A DNA stretch of 64,000 nucleotides from Antedon mediterranea (taxonomy: Eukaryota > Animalia > Echinodermata): the NCBI RefSeq assembly GCF_964355755.1, contig NC_092673.1, positions 16,737,648-16,801,647 on the forward strand, given 5' to 3'. A program made the translations under genes and the position numbers. This document shows, one piece after another, positions 39,201 through 50,000 of this stretch; position 1 is the first letter of the stretch, and the number at the start of each line of letters is the position of its first letter. Below the pieces are notes generated by a model. The model saw only the letters and a list, made by a program, of their open reading frames with translations, was not told the origin of the DNA and searched no databases.

Positions 39201-42200
39201 AAGTAACTTGTATCTTTATTATTATGTAACAAATGTGGTCTATGACATTATACGCAGAGGGATATTGATTGGATTGTGATATTGTACTATCAGAATCATT
39301 ATTGATAATCTATACATTGTTACAACATGCTGCTATTAGCTGTGATATCTTCATTCCTCTTACCAGTAGTAGTACTATCAGAATCATTATTGATAATCTA
39401 TACATTGTTACAACATGCTGCTATTAGCTGTGATATCTTCATTCCTCTTACCTTAAAAAAAGCTATACAAAACAACCTTATTGCTACACATTTTGAAAAT
39501 TGTGTAGCAAAAAATACAATACAAAACTATGTTTCTCGACTTAAAAATCAGTTTGATTAGCAATATTGCTAAACAAAATTGTTAAATGAAAATTTTCCCT
39601 GTCAGTAGTAGTACTATCAGAATCATTATTGATAATCTATACATTGTTACAACATGCTGCTATTAGCTGTAATATCTTCATTCCTCTTACCAGTAGTAGT
39701 ACTATCAGAATCATTATTGATAATCTATACATTGTTACAACATGCTGCTATTAGCTGTGATATCTTCATTCCTCTTACCAGTAGTAGTACTATCAGAATC
39801 ATTATTGATAATCTATACATTGTTATAACATGCTGATATTAGCTGTGATATCTTCATTCCTCTTACCAGTAGTAGTACTATCAGAATCATTATTGATAAT
39901 CTATACATTGTTACAACATGCTGCTATTAGCTGTGATATCTTCATTCCTCTAATACCAGTAGTAGTACTATCAGAATCATTATTGATAATCTATACATTG
40001 TTACAACATGCTGCTATTTAGCTGTGATATCTTCATTCAGTAGTAGTAGTAGTAGTAGTAGAATCATTATTGATAATCTATATATTGTTACAACATGCTG
40101 CTATTAGCTGTGATATCTTCACTCCTCTTACCTGTAGTAGTACTATCAGAATCATTATTGATAATCTATACATTGTTACAACATGCTGATATTAGCTGTG
40201 ATATCTTCATTCCTCTTACCAGTAGTAGTACTAGTAGAATCATTATTGATAATTTCATATTTAGTTAAAATATTAACAATCTATTTGCTAATATCAAGAT
40301 AGTTAAAATTCAAAAAATGTTAATGTTGGAGGTTTAATATTGTAAACCTATTTTATTTGTGTTGGCTGTTTTGTTTGAATCTCATTAGGATGCAACACAA
40401 GAATGTAGGCAAAACAAGTAATTTAACCAATGACAAGTGAATAAGCTCAGATGAGCTGTGCATTGCATCTTGGTATGCATCCATGAGATACTTTGCTAAT
40501 GTTCATGTGATGTGCCCACATATGGACATGATGATGATATGTTTGATACTTTTTATACTTCTCCTGAAAATGACAAACTTAAATATATTTTGGGATACTC
40601 AGATAATTTAATTGATGAAGAGTGTGAAAATATTTTGGATAGTTTTTGTAAAAGATACCTAAAACAAGCATGGCAATTTCGAAATGATTCACTGAATTCC
40701 ATGACTCAATAACTATGTTATCTACATTGCTACATTAAGTAAATTGAAAAAAAAGTGGGGGGGGGGGGGGGAGAGGAGTTGGGGGTTTTTCGTAATAAGC
40801 TGTGTTTATCAGCTGATTTTATTTTATTTTATACACTTTTACTATATCTTGTTTTGTATTCATTGTGTAAAGTAATGATCTACTGTATGTATCGATGTAA
40901 ATTGGGGGGGGGGGGGTAGGATAGGGGTTGATAGTTGCTTTTGCCTTTTTTTACTTTTCTGTTAATTGTTATATTTTATATTGTGAAGGATGCACCTTTG
41001 TGCTAAGTGTGCCACCGATCTAAAGGTGTAATTCCAAATAAATAAATAAATAAATATATGATGTCATATCAATACCATATTTGGGCATATCACTCATATT
41101 TGGGCACATCACACTTTTTTTGTCAGACACGTTTGATAGTGTAAACAGAGTTTTAGTATTAATGCACTACTTTCTTAATGATCAAATCTCAATCATCCAG
41201 TGTAAAAGTGCCATGTATATAAACAAATCCTAACGTACTTTAAACATATACTTCTAATTTTTATCATTTTTAGGCAGTAGTGATGAGGATGAAAGAGAAG
41301 GAACATCACGGAGTCACCAACAAAGTGAAGGTAAGATACTAGTAGATAAAGATAGTGATATTGTGGAACAATATTCCTGATCCTATTAAAAATGCATCCA
41401 CTATCTATTTCAAAACCCATCTTTTTTCTTTGTAATTTCTTTCTGTTTCTTCTCTCAGCGCTTTGGGACAATCTTTTGATTGTGTAAGCGCTTTATAAAT
41501 CGAACAACACACACACACACATAATGATGATGAACAAGATTATAATAATTTTAAATTAAAAAGTTGGTTATAATGATGATGATAATATACTCTCTCTTAA
41601 ATTTATGATCATATTATTATAGCACCAAGAATATAATGTTGATTATTAAGTTTAAAACTAGACTTGAAAGTGATTTGTGCAAACCCAAAAAAAAAATGTT
41701 TGTGAAAATTTGTAATGTTCAAGATTTGTGGTTATTTTGTACATGTTTGAGTTTTTGCGACGATAGCTTTCCATATATGATTGCATCAAATTACGATAGT
41801 ACTGTACTTACACCAAATGTATAATTGTTTATGGTCATCATGGTCTAGATGGCAAAGACAATTAGACTCATGTAACAGATGATCGGGTCTAGGCTAGCCT
41901 ATAGCTAGTAACAGGGGTACCCATTCAGTAATACTAGTACTATACTAGTTTACTACAGTAGTACTAGCAAGGCCTATCCTGCATGGGACACATAGTACTA
42001 TACTAGTTTACTAAAGTAGTACTAGCAAGGCCTATCCTGCATGGGACACATAGTACTATACTAGTTTACTAAAGTAGTACTAGCAAGGCCTATCCTGCAT
42101 GGGACACATAGTACTATACTAGTTTACTACAGTAGTACTAGCAAGGCCTATCCTGCATGGGACACATAGTACTATACTAGTTTACTAAAGTAGTACTAGC

Positions 42201-43872
42201 AAGGCCTATCCTGCATGGGACACATAGTACTATACTAGTTTACTACAGTAGTACTAGCAAGGCCTATCCTGCATGGGACACATAGTACTATACTAGTTTA
42301 CTACAGTAGTAGCAAGGCCTATCCTGCATGGGACACATAGTACTATACTAGTTTACTACAGTAGTACTAGCAAGGCCTATCCTGCATGGGACACATAGTA
42401 CTATATTAGTTTACTACAGTAGTACTAGCAAGGCCTATCCTGCATGGGACACATAGTATCATCACAGACGCATTCAATTCGAACCTGAACTAAATAAATT
42501 AGCATTAACACAAATGCATAAAATCAACAGTTCAATTGAGAAATAGTTTTACAGCAATGCATTAATCTTTGTTGGCAACACATTGGGAAAGCAAAACCAA
42601 GGACATGCCTCTACCCGCCCTTGGCTTACGTACCAGCCGAGCTATGGCTGCCTTCAGCCAACTACTGTCAAGTCCTTAATTTTAATTGTTTAATATACCA
42701 AAACTTGCCACATATAGCCAAGTCTAGAATGACACACATGTGACTGTCAATTTTTCCAGAATTTACAATATCAAGTTTTCCAAAGTTTACAGTAGTTTGA
42801 TATTTCTTATTGAACTTGATCTGAACCTGACATAATTCCACAATATTTTTATTTTGAAATAGTAAAGTGGAGAGAGAACATAACACAAATTTAACATTTA
42901 CCTCAATTACTTTTAAATTTTTTAAATTTTTTTTTGCTTTTATTTTACATTTTGTTGATATTCTATACTTATAATTAAACAAACAAATTATTTTCATTTT
43001 GGAAACAATAATAAAAAATAATAATAAATGTGCTATAATTTTATTTGCAGACAGGAACACAATTGCAGAATCGAAAACTTGCGACAATTTCCAAGATCTA
43101 AAAGCTGGTCTCAGTGGATGCTTTGACGGTGAAAAATACCGTTGGCTAAGATTCCTACTATTTTCTCACTTGAGTGTCAGTGAAATTACAAATCCACAGT
43201 TCAATGGACATAACTTACTCAATGCACTTGAAGACAAAGGTTTCATCTCACCAAGCAATGTTAACTTGCTGTTAGAGATTACAAATACATCTGAAATCCA
43301 ACAGGCCAAAGATCTTGTATCAAAGTATATGACAGACAACAACATTCTGAATAGACATACTGGTAAAGCTAAGTTGTCACATTACAGAAAGCGACTGTTC
43401 AAGGCCCTGAATCAAGTTGACCCAGATGCATTACGTAATGTTACTGCTTACTATAAATTAACAAAATATAGCTTCTCCAATGTATGGGATGCAGTTCTCT
43501 ATCTGGAGATTGATAAACAATTAGTAGATGATTTAGACAAAATAAATCGGTTTGCAGAACGTCTTAGCACAACAGCAAGTAACATACTACTTGGTATGCA
43601 TTTCTACTTTATATTGTATTAAGTTATTTGTAATATTATTGAATCTTTCATTTATAAACAGTTTAAGTAATTATCATATATTATCATATTTATGATGCTA
43701 ATCTACTGAATTTATTACAGTGGAAAATATTGTGTTTTATGAATTTATATTTATTTTTCATAATCTTAAAAAAACAATTACAATTTCCACAATAATCATG
43801 ATAACTGTTATACTAAATTTATTGACACTGTTTTTCATTTGTATAGATCTCTCAGAAGATAAGAAGACTTAA
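17827..43872 (+). CDS. Ankyrin-repeat ROCO protein: ANK (N-cap + 13 repeats + C-cap) - ROC - COR - tandem DED-like; ~1445 aa, 33 coding exons
   Basis: Manual splicing with GT-AG sites and consistent phases. Exons: 17827-17834, 18134-18227, 13 ANK exons (19002-23053), 23937-24021, 27043-27135, 28585-28732, 29031-29116, 29430-29494, 30829-30907, 33739-33896, 34311-34400, 34596-34775, 34951-35199, 35813-36001, 36136-36318, 36574-36882, 36978-37049, 37685-37901, 41274-41330, 43051-43593, 43847-43872. Total 4338 nt, divisible by 3, no internal stop seen. AATAAA at ~43897. Confidence 0.88.
18365..18780. repeat. 71-bp minisatellite between the N-cap exon and the ankyrin array
   Basis: Unit cacactgatgatggaggtataacctgcat(a/g)tactgattaaccacattaggctaaaaataataatataaata. 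Confidence 0.92.
18835..23095 (+). repeat. Tandem array of 13 exon+intron units (~323-336 bp) with near-identical ~220-bp introns
   Basis: The same intron text (gtaatgtacagggatttgctagtgtaataggctaacattctatagatatg...ttcctttccag) recurs 13 times with only scattered SNPs and poly-A length changes. Confidence 0.97.
19002..23053 (+). CDS. Thirteen single-ankyrin-repeat, phase-0 exons
   Basis: Exons 19002-19115, 19338-19451, 19673-19777, 19999-20106, 20329-20436, 20658-20765, 20987-21097, 21319-21426, 21648-21755, 21975-22079, 22298-22402, 22622-22729, 22949-23053. Each lies between ttcctttccag and aataag|gta. Consensus xG(D/N)TPLHSYL-[variable loop]-PTLEIVTCLIQHGAPVALQNK matches the ankyrin GxTPLH...EIV..L...GA..N pattern. 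Confidence 0.93.
23100..23260 (+). pseudogene. Degenerate 14th ankyrin unit at the array edge
   Basis: ttgtctcatattatggcatatctgcagcattgcaaaatagggtaatgta retains the 3' half of the exon and the donor. The acceptor and variable half are missing and the flanking intron is diverged. Confidence 0.7.
23937..24021 (+). CDS. Ankyrin C-capping exon (DGNTPVSVLESNRWIGYQRKTEILNFFK)
   Basis: taatag|GATGGAAATACACCT, phase-0 acceptor. GNTP motif and EIL..F helix; donor gtaagt at 24022. Confidence 0.8.
25600..26790 (-). mobile_element. Degenerate LINE reverse-transcriptase fragment in a ROCO intron
   Basis: Minus-strand motifs CFVDLKRALDS, GIQQGSPLPSSLF, LLFADT and VVKSYTYL, with stops and frameshifts. Confidence 0.75.
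27714..28350 (+). mobile_element. Interspersed repeat with tRNA-like core; second copy 38826-39282
   Basis: Two alignable copies; tagctcggtggtc...gagatcgag resembles degenerate A and B boxes. Confidence 0.55.
28585..35199 (+). CDS. ROC (Ras of complex proteins) GTPase domain exons, running into the start of COR
   Basis: P-loop VIGQEGVGKTCLI (exon 28585-28732), switch I TDGI (29031-29116), switch II IWDHGGQLIYHGIHR (33739-33896), ALYIVVFDLS (34311-34400), G4-like ILIVGTHKG (34596-34775), FAIEN and VPLKW (34951-35199). Confidence 0.9.
29572..30490. mobile_element. Second copy of the same Harbinger-like MITE, right tip truncated, in a ROC intron
   Basis: Near-identical to 11405-12331; preceded by TTA; ends ggtttaagaa. 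A solo TIR fragment also lies at ~16444-16500. Confidence 0.85.
30942..32278 (-). mobile_element. Non-autonomous Helitron-like element
   Basis: On the minus strand it starts TCTATATATA and ends with the GC hairpin gcgagcgaagcgagcg followed by CTAGT. Confidence 0.6.
32280..33190. mobile_element. Unclassified interspersed element; second partial copy at ~5558-6140
   Basis: 32446-33050 matches 5558-6140. Internal gatattgactg / terminal cagtcaatatc inverted motif, a ~105-bp hairpin at 33056-33160, and a tRNA-like A/B-box segment on the minus strand. Confidence 0.6.
33417..33640. repeat. 58-bp repeat built from gat/gac/aat triplets (intronic)
   Basis: Three gactcggtgtaacaatgattatgaagactgcaatgat units. 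Confidence 0.85.
35813..37901 (+). CDS. COR domain exons
   Basis: LLNFLYDLGEIVY...LRDKAVLDPMQLVEI, GILEEKLLRKLW, LM..LG.IC and FFVPLRL match COR-A/COR-B patterns; ends in a Cys cluster (CILCGVC...C). Confidence 0.85.
39283..40250. repeat. 88-bp satellite (intronic)
   Basis: Unit cagtagtagtactatcagaatcattattgataatctatacattgttacaacatgctgctattagctgtgatatcttcattcctcttac. Confidence 0.93.
39453..39602 (-). mobile_element. Truncated inverted copy of the 177-bp MITE in the 88-bp satellite
   Basis: Reverse complement of 9363-9510; one TIR retained (gaaaattttccctgt). Confidence 0.75.
41934..42458. repeat. 58-bp minisatellite, ~9 copies
   Basis: Unit tagtactatactagtttactacagtagtactagcaaggcctatcctgcatgggacaca. 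Confidence 0.93.
43051..43593 (+). CDS. Tandem death-effector-domain-like exon
   Basis: FQDLKAGLS...LRFLLFSHL...LLNALEDKGFISPSNVNLLLEI...DLVSKY followed by LSHYRKRLFKALNQV...VWDAVLYLE. These resemble the DED1/DED2 patterns of caspase-8/FLIP prodomains. Confidence 0.72.
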
Positions 43873-44102
43873 GTCACATACTTAGCACAATGATGCAATA
43901 AACATGGACATTCTATTCATACAAATATTAGACGGCGTTAAAGTGTTGAAAACTGGTACCAGTACAATCTACCTGTTAACTCTTTTATCTGCAAATTGAG
44001 TAGTGATTTGGTTGCGATGTAATGTTAACATGTCATATCTCAATGTACAAAAGCGTAGATGTTTAGAAATTAAAACACACTAGTTATCCAAAAAAAAATA
44101 TC

Positions 44103-44730
44103 TGTCCCCTTATAATAGGATTAAATCAACTATTTGGCACTCTCAAACGTGTCCCTGTCCCTTTAATAGGGTTAAATCAACTATTTGGCACTCTCAAACG
44201 TGTACCTGTCCCTTTAATAGGATTAAATCAACCATTTGGCACTCTCAATAGTGTACCTGTCCCTTTAATAGGATTAAATCAACCATTTGGCACTCTCAAA
44301 CGTGTCCCTGTCCCTTTAATAGGATTAAATCAACCATTTGGCACTCTCAAACCTGTCCCTGTCCCTTTAATAGGATTAAATCAACCACTTGGCACTCTCA
44401 AACGTGTCCCTGTCCCTTTAAAAGGGGTGTCCCCTGATTAGGAGTTGGCTGTAGTGTTAAAACATATATTTCCCCTCGTTTTATGAGAAAGTGTCCCCTG
44501 AATGGCCCCGGGTGTACTAAAGAAGGGGTTTACTCCAGTAGTAAAGAGGAGGGGTGTGTCCCCTGAATAAAGGTGTCCTAGAGAAGGGGTTTACTCCAGT
44601 AGTAAAGAGGAGGGGTGTGTCCCCTGAATAAAGGTGTCCTAAAGAAGGGGTTTACTCCAGTAGTAAAGAGGAGGGGTGTGTCCCCTGAATAGGGGTGTCC
44701 TAAAGAAGGGGTTTACTCCAGTAGTAAAGT
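44103..44730. repeat. 51-bp (44103-44425) and 61-bp (44510-44730) tandem repeats downstream of the ROCO stop
   Basis: Units tgtccctttaataggattaaatcaaccatttggcactctcaaacgtgtccc and agaaggggtttactccagtagtaaagaggaggggtgtgtcccctgaat... Confidence 0.88.
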
Positions 44731-44967
44731 TCTATTGTTGAAAGATTTATTATAAGATTTCAGCGTACTAAACGGTACATGAATGTTAGCAACAAAAAAA
44801 AGAGGACAAAACAAAATAACAATACTGGAATATTACAAAAAATAACAGTAGGCCTACAAAACTCAAAAAATCATGTTACCCAAAAATATACATGGGTGGG
44901 TATAAAACATTGCTACTGTTCCTGCAGGCATTACCTATATTTAGAGATAAGACCATTTTAACTGTTT

Positions 44968-45275
44968 TTATATTTTGTTGAGATTACAGGCAAAAATCAA
45001 ACGACCAACATACTTTTTAAAAAAAATAAGTAATTGGTTTAAGGTAGAAGAATATGTGCTACCCTCAATGCCATAAACGAATAATGGATTAATAAATGAA
45101 TTGTAGATTATAATTAGCATGTCTTGAGGAACAAAATATCTCAACTTAAATAATATGCCTATTTTTTTTATTACATTTTGTAATAAACTATGAATATTAT
45201 TTTTCCATGAAAGAAATTGATCAAACAAGCCTATCTACTTCATTTATTACATTCTCTCCAATATACCCCGATACA
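44968..45275 (-). mobile_element. CR1/L2-like LINE ORF2 fragment
   Basis: LSWKNNIHSLLQNVIKKIGILFKLRYFVPQDMLIIIYNSFINPLFVYGIE is typical of the post-RT region. Confidence 0.65.
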
Positions 45276-47048
45276 ATTTTGTTTAAAATCTTTCTTCTGT
45301 TTTGAAAAATAATCCAAAGTTTATTAAAAACAAAAATTTTCTCCTGAAGGAATTCAACCTTGCTTGTCAAATGAAACGACAACATTATAGTACAGTACAG
45401 TAAATGAACTGAGATTAAATATTAAAAATAAAGAGGCAAAATACCCTTAACTGGAAGTAGTTGGAATGTCTTCCAATTTTTTTTTAACTTGTATGCTTTG
45501 TTAATTTATTATAAAAACAAAATGGGACAAAAACATATGCAAATGAGACCAGGTAAAAGGAAGTAAATAATTAAATCCTTGCGCCCTCTAATCCTTCCCC
45601 TTACCATACTAGACATAGACACAACTTTGTTGAATCTCACTGTGCTACTAAACGGCACTTTTCTAGCCCTGTTCCATAGTTGATCCGATTATTAAATGTT
45701 TGATGAATGAATTGTTTATAGTGTTAAATTTTTTTGTACTAAACTATATATTTTTTATATGAATGAATTTTATAATGTCAATTTGGTAAATGAAATGTTT
45801 TATATTTTGATGTTTTTTCACTTTCAATTAAATTTTGTAAATTAAACTCAATTCAGTATTTATGCTGTTAATGTTATGTTTTAATGTTATTCATATTTGT
45901 TAATAAATACTAATGAATGAAAAAACATATTTGTTTGTTTGTAAGGATAGTGTTTTTGAAGGGGGTGGATTTTAACATCGAGGAGATCATTATATCAAAA
46001 TGTACGTGCTAGCTATTGTTAAAAATGTATTGTATATTATAGGAATAATATCCAATCCACCAATCCAGAGAATAATAAAAGTTCTTCGATATTACACTAC
46101 ACAGCGATAATTGTTACGCAGACAAAAATGGTGATTGCGCCCTCTATAAAAATTAAAGTTTAATCACCCCAACAAACCACTCGCATGTTTAATATCCTTG
46201 AAGAATGTCAAACATAAGATTAAGAAGTAAGTTTTTGTTTGCGTCATTATTATCATACCATATCATATACGGAATTCGTTATACTATATTGTTTTAATAG
46301 CAGGTCTTTCTTCTTTTAATTTTTGGATCTTATATTCGTATCCTAGACTGCGCCTAGGCTAGGCCTCATACTCTCTCTCTAGCTAGGCTAGGCCTAGTAG
46401 TCTATTGGTATTGCTAGGGATTCCCATTGCTAGTAGTTTAGTAGGCCTAGGCCCTACCTCTAGCCTTGCTCTAGCTAACAAAGGCCTAGTAGTAGAGTAG
46501 TAGGCAGGGAGGGAGTCTCCACAACTTGCTGTTAGTTAGGGAACGGACATCAACCCCGCAACCCCTGTCTCTGTCTGCTGGGGCTATATACCCTGGCCTT
46601 ATCAATACACCAAGCCATCCATCTCGTTGGTCGAATCAGGTTTTACTTTGTTTATGAATGGAGAAAAAATATATTATACGTAAGCTTTTTAACCACCCAA
46701 TCAGAAGTGAGTTGACGTTGTTTCTATACTTGTGTCACCACATAACAAACAGGCCTTCCTGGGGTTTCCCTGATCTCACAACATGCATTCAAACACCGTG
46801 TTGTGGTCTTTCATTTAAAAAAAACACAGTGTGGTGGTCTTTTGTTTCCATGATGCATCGAAACGACGAATGCATAGTTTGACGTAATGCGTAAAAAACT
46901 ACTGAACTTTTCTATTTAATACTGAAATTTATTTTAACAATTTGAGAACTTGCAATGCACATAGAATATGATCATGGACCTATCTAATTTATAGGTCCAT
47001 GGCATGATAAAGAAATTGGTACACTATTTAAAAAGTGTAATAAGGGAT

Positions 47049-50000
47049 CATCTCACAGTGTGTTGATTGACTTGGTACTGTAGACCATTCACTGTGGCTG
47101 CTGTGTACAATCTCACAGTGTGTAGATTGACTTGGTACTGTACACCATGCACTGTGGCTGCTGTGTACAATCTCACAGTGTGTTAATTGACTTGGTACTG
47201 TACACCATGCACTGTGGCTGCTGTGTACAATCTCACAGTGTGTTGATTGACTTGGTACTGTACACCATTCACTGTGGCTGCTGTGTATAATCTCACAGTG
47301 TGTTGATTGACTTGGTACTGTACACCATGCACTGTGGCTGCCGTGTACAATATCACAGTGTGTTGATTGACTTGGTACTATAGACCATGCACTGTGGCTG
47401 CTGTGTACAATCTCACAGTGTGTTGATTGACTTGGTACTATACACCATGCACTGTGGCTGCTGTGTACAATCTCACAGTGTGTTGATTGACTTGGTACTG
47501 TACACCATGCACTGTGGCTGCTGTGTACAATCTCACAGTGTGTTGATTGACTTGGTACTGTACACCATGTACTGTGGCTGCCGTGCACAATCTCACAGTG
47601 TGTTGATTGACTTGGTACTGTACACCATGCACTGTGGCTGCCGTGCACAATCTCACAGTGTGTTGATTGACTTGGTACTGTACACCATGCACTGTGGCTG
47701 CTGTGTACAATCACACAGTGTGTTGATTGACTTGGTACTGTACACCATGCACTGTGGCTGCTGTGTACCATCTCACAGTGTGTTGATTGACTTGGTACTG
47801 TACACCATTCACTGTGGCTGCTGTGTGCAATCTCACAATGTGTTGATTGACTTGTAGACAGGTTCCATTTCTCAAAAAACGGCCTAGAAAACGAATCAAG
47901 AAGCATTTTTGGGTAGAAGCTGGGATCCACTTGGTTTAGGATATTTCGACCTCGCTGATTACGAATATGGCGGATCCCAAGCGAAATTCGGCCATCTAAG
48001 CCCTTAATTTGCATAATTAAAAATGGCGGCCATTTTTTATAATTACCCTATATCTCGAGAACCACTAGTCACAGATAATTAATTTTGGTGTCAAAATGTT
48101 TTAAATATATGGTTTTATATTCACTTTAATGACACATTTTCTCAAAAAATTGATGCAAGTCGTATTTCTGACATTTTGACCTTTGACCTTGATTTATCGT
48201 ATCTCAGTAACCAATAATCGGAGAGACACGAAATAGGGCTCAAATTGTTCAGAAACTATACATTCATATTTATTATAATGAAATGTTTTTACAAAAAATG
48301 GCCGATTCTACAACTATTGACCTTTGAACTATTAGTCAAATATAATAATATAATAATAATATAACTTTGAAAATTGTGGTCTTATGAATTTTTTTTTCTT
48401 TTTAAATTGTTTAAAACATGTGTGTTTCTATCCAGTCTAATGGCATATTTTGTACAAGAATGGCCGATAGTATGGTTATTGACCTTTTAACTACAGCATA
48501 GGCCTACTGTATACTAAATATAATATAATTGCATAACTATGAAATTATTTATACACAATAATAATTAGTAACATTATAAAATTCACTGCCATCAAATATG
48601 ATGTGTTATGATTTATATAGATTTAAAAAGGAATTTGAATACGCAAGTTACATTTTTTGAAATTTGAAATTTGAAATTACCTGCCATCAATATGATGGAG
48701 TGTGCTTATAGATTTTCTAAAATGTGAACATGTCAGCTACATTTGGAAATTACCTGCCATCAATATGATGGATTATGATTATAGATTTAAATAAAAATTT
48801 GAACACGTAACCTACATTAGAAAATTACCTGCTATCAATATGATGGATTATGATTATAGATTTAAAAAAGAATTTGAACACGTCAGCTACATTTGGAAAT
48901 TTGGAAATTACCTGCCATCAATATGATGGATTATGATTGTATAGTACCTGCCATCAATATGATGGATTATGATTATAGAATTAAAAAAGAATTTGAACAC
49001 GTCAGCTACATTTGGAAATTGGGAAATTACCTGCCATCAATATGATGGATTATGATTATAGATTTTAAAAAGAATTTGAACACGTAAGCTACATTTGGAA
49101 ATTTGGAAATTACCTGCCATCAATATGATGGATTATGATTGTATAGTACCTGCCATCAATATGATGGATTATGATTATAGATTTAAAAAAGAATTTGAAC
49201 ACGTAAGCTACATTTGAAAATTACTTGCCATCAATATGATGGATTATGATTGTATAGATTTAAAAGAAAATGTGAACACGTACGTAAGCTACATTTGGAA
49301 TGAACATGTTAAGGGCATCAGTTAAGATCATTCATGCAAAGGTTTCCGTCATCTTTAGCGTTGTTACAGCGGCATAAAGCTGTACATGGTAGTTTTGACT
49401 TCTTGCACCTACATCTATTGGCAGGTTATGTATCGTGTCTTGCATCCACAATAAATCATCTCTAACGAAGCAGTAGGAATAGCTTCATTTTTCAGAAGCA
49501 CTGGTTGAAGTTTACCATTAGATAGCTCCCAACCAAAATATGTTGGTGATGGCAAATGCTGGATTGGCGATACAGCTTTTTTCCATACGAGTGCTTGGAA
49601 GTGTGCTCTTTTTATATGTTGGTGCACTGCATCGCTTGTTGGAGGTAATGCCTTTTTTTTTTAAAGCCTAACTTTATTGGTACTTTTAACTTGACCAACA
49701 CCGTAAACGTAGCAAATGAATCTTTCCGATTTCATAATAACTTGGTCACTGATAGGTTTTCTCCCAGGTCTTTAATTAGTTCATACCTTTTTTTAATACT
49801 TCCCATGCCGATGCCTTTGAGTGACCACTTAGATATGAGCAGTGAAGAGTTAAATTACTGTATGTATGTATTAATATAATTTAACTCTTCCCTGGATATG
49901 AGGTAGTATCGCATCCACTAATAGTGTGGAATGGAATCAGTGCTTTTGCAGAACCCTCGGGCAAGGCTTGAAAAATGTCTTTTATAGATACTTTCTTTTT

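Noticed and set aside
39327-40021. Repeated hydrophobic ORFs MLLLAVISSF…
   Set aside because: Translations of the intronic 88-bp satellite.
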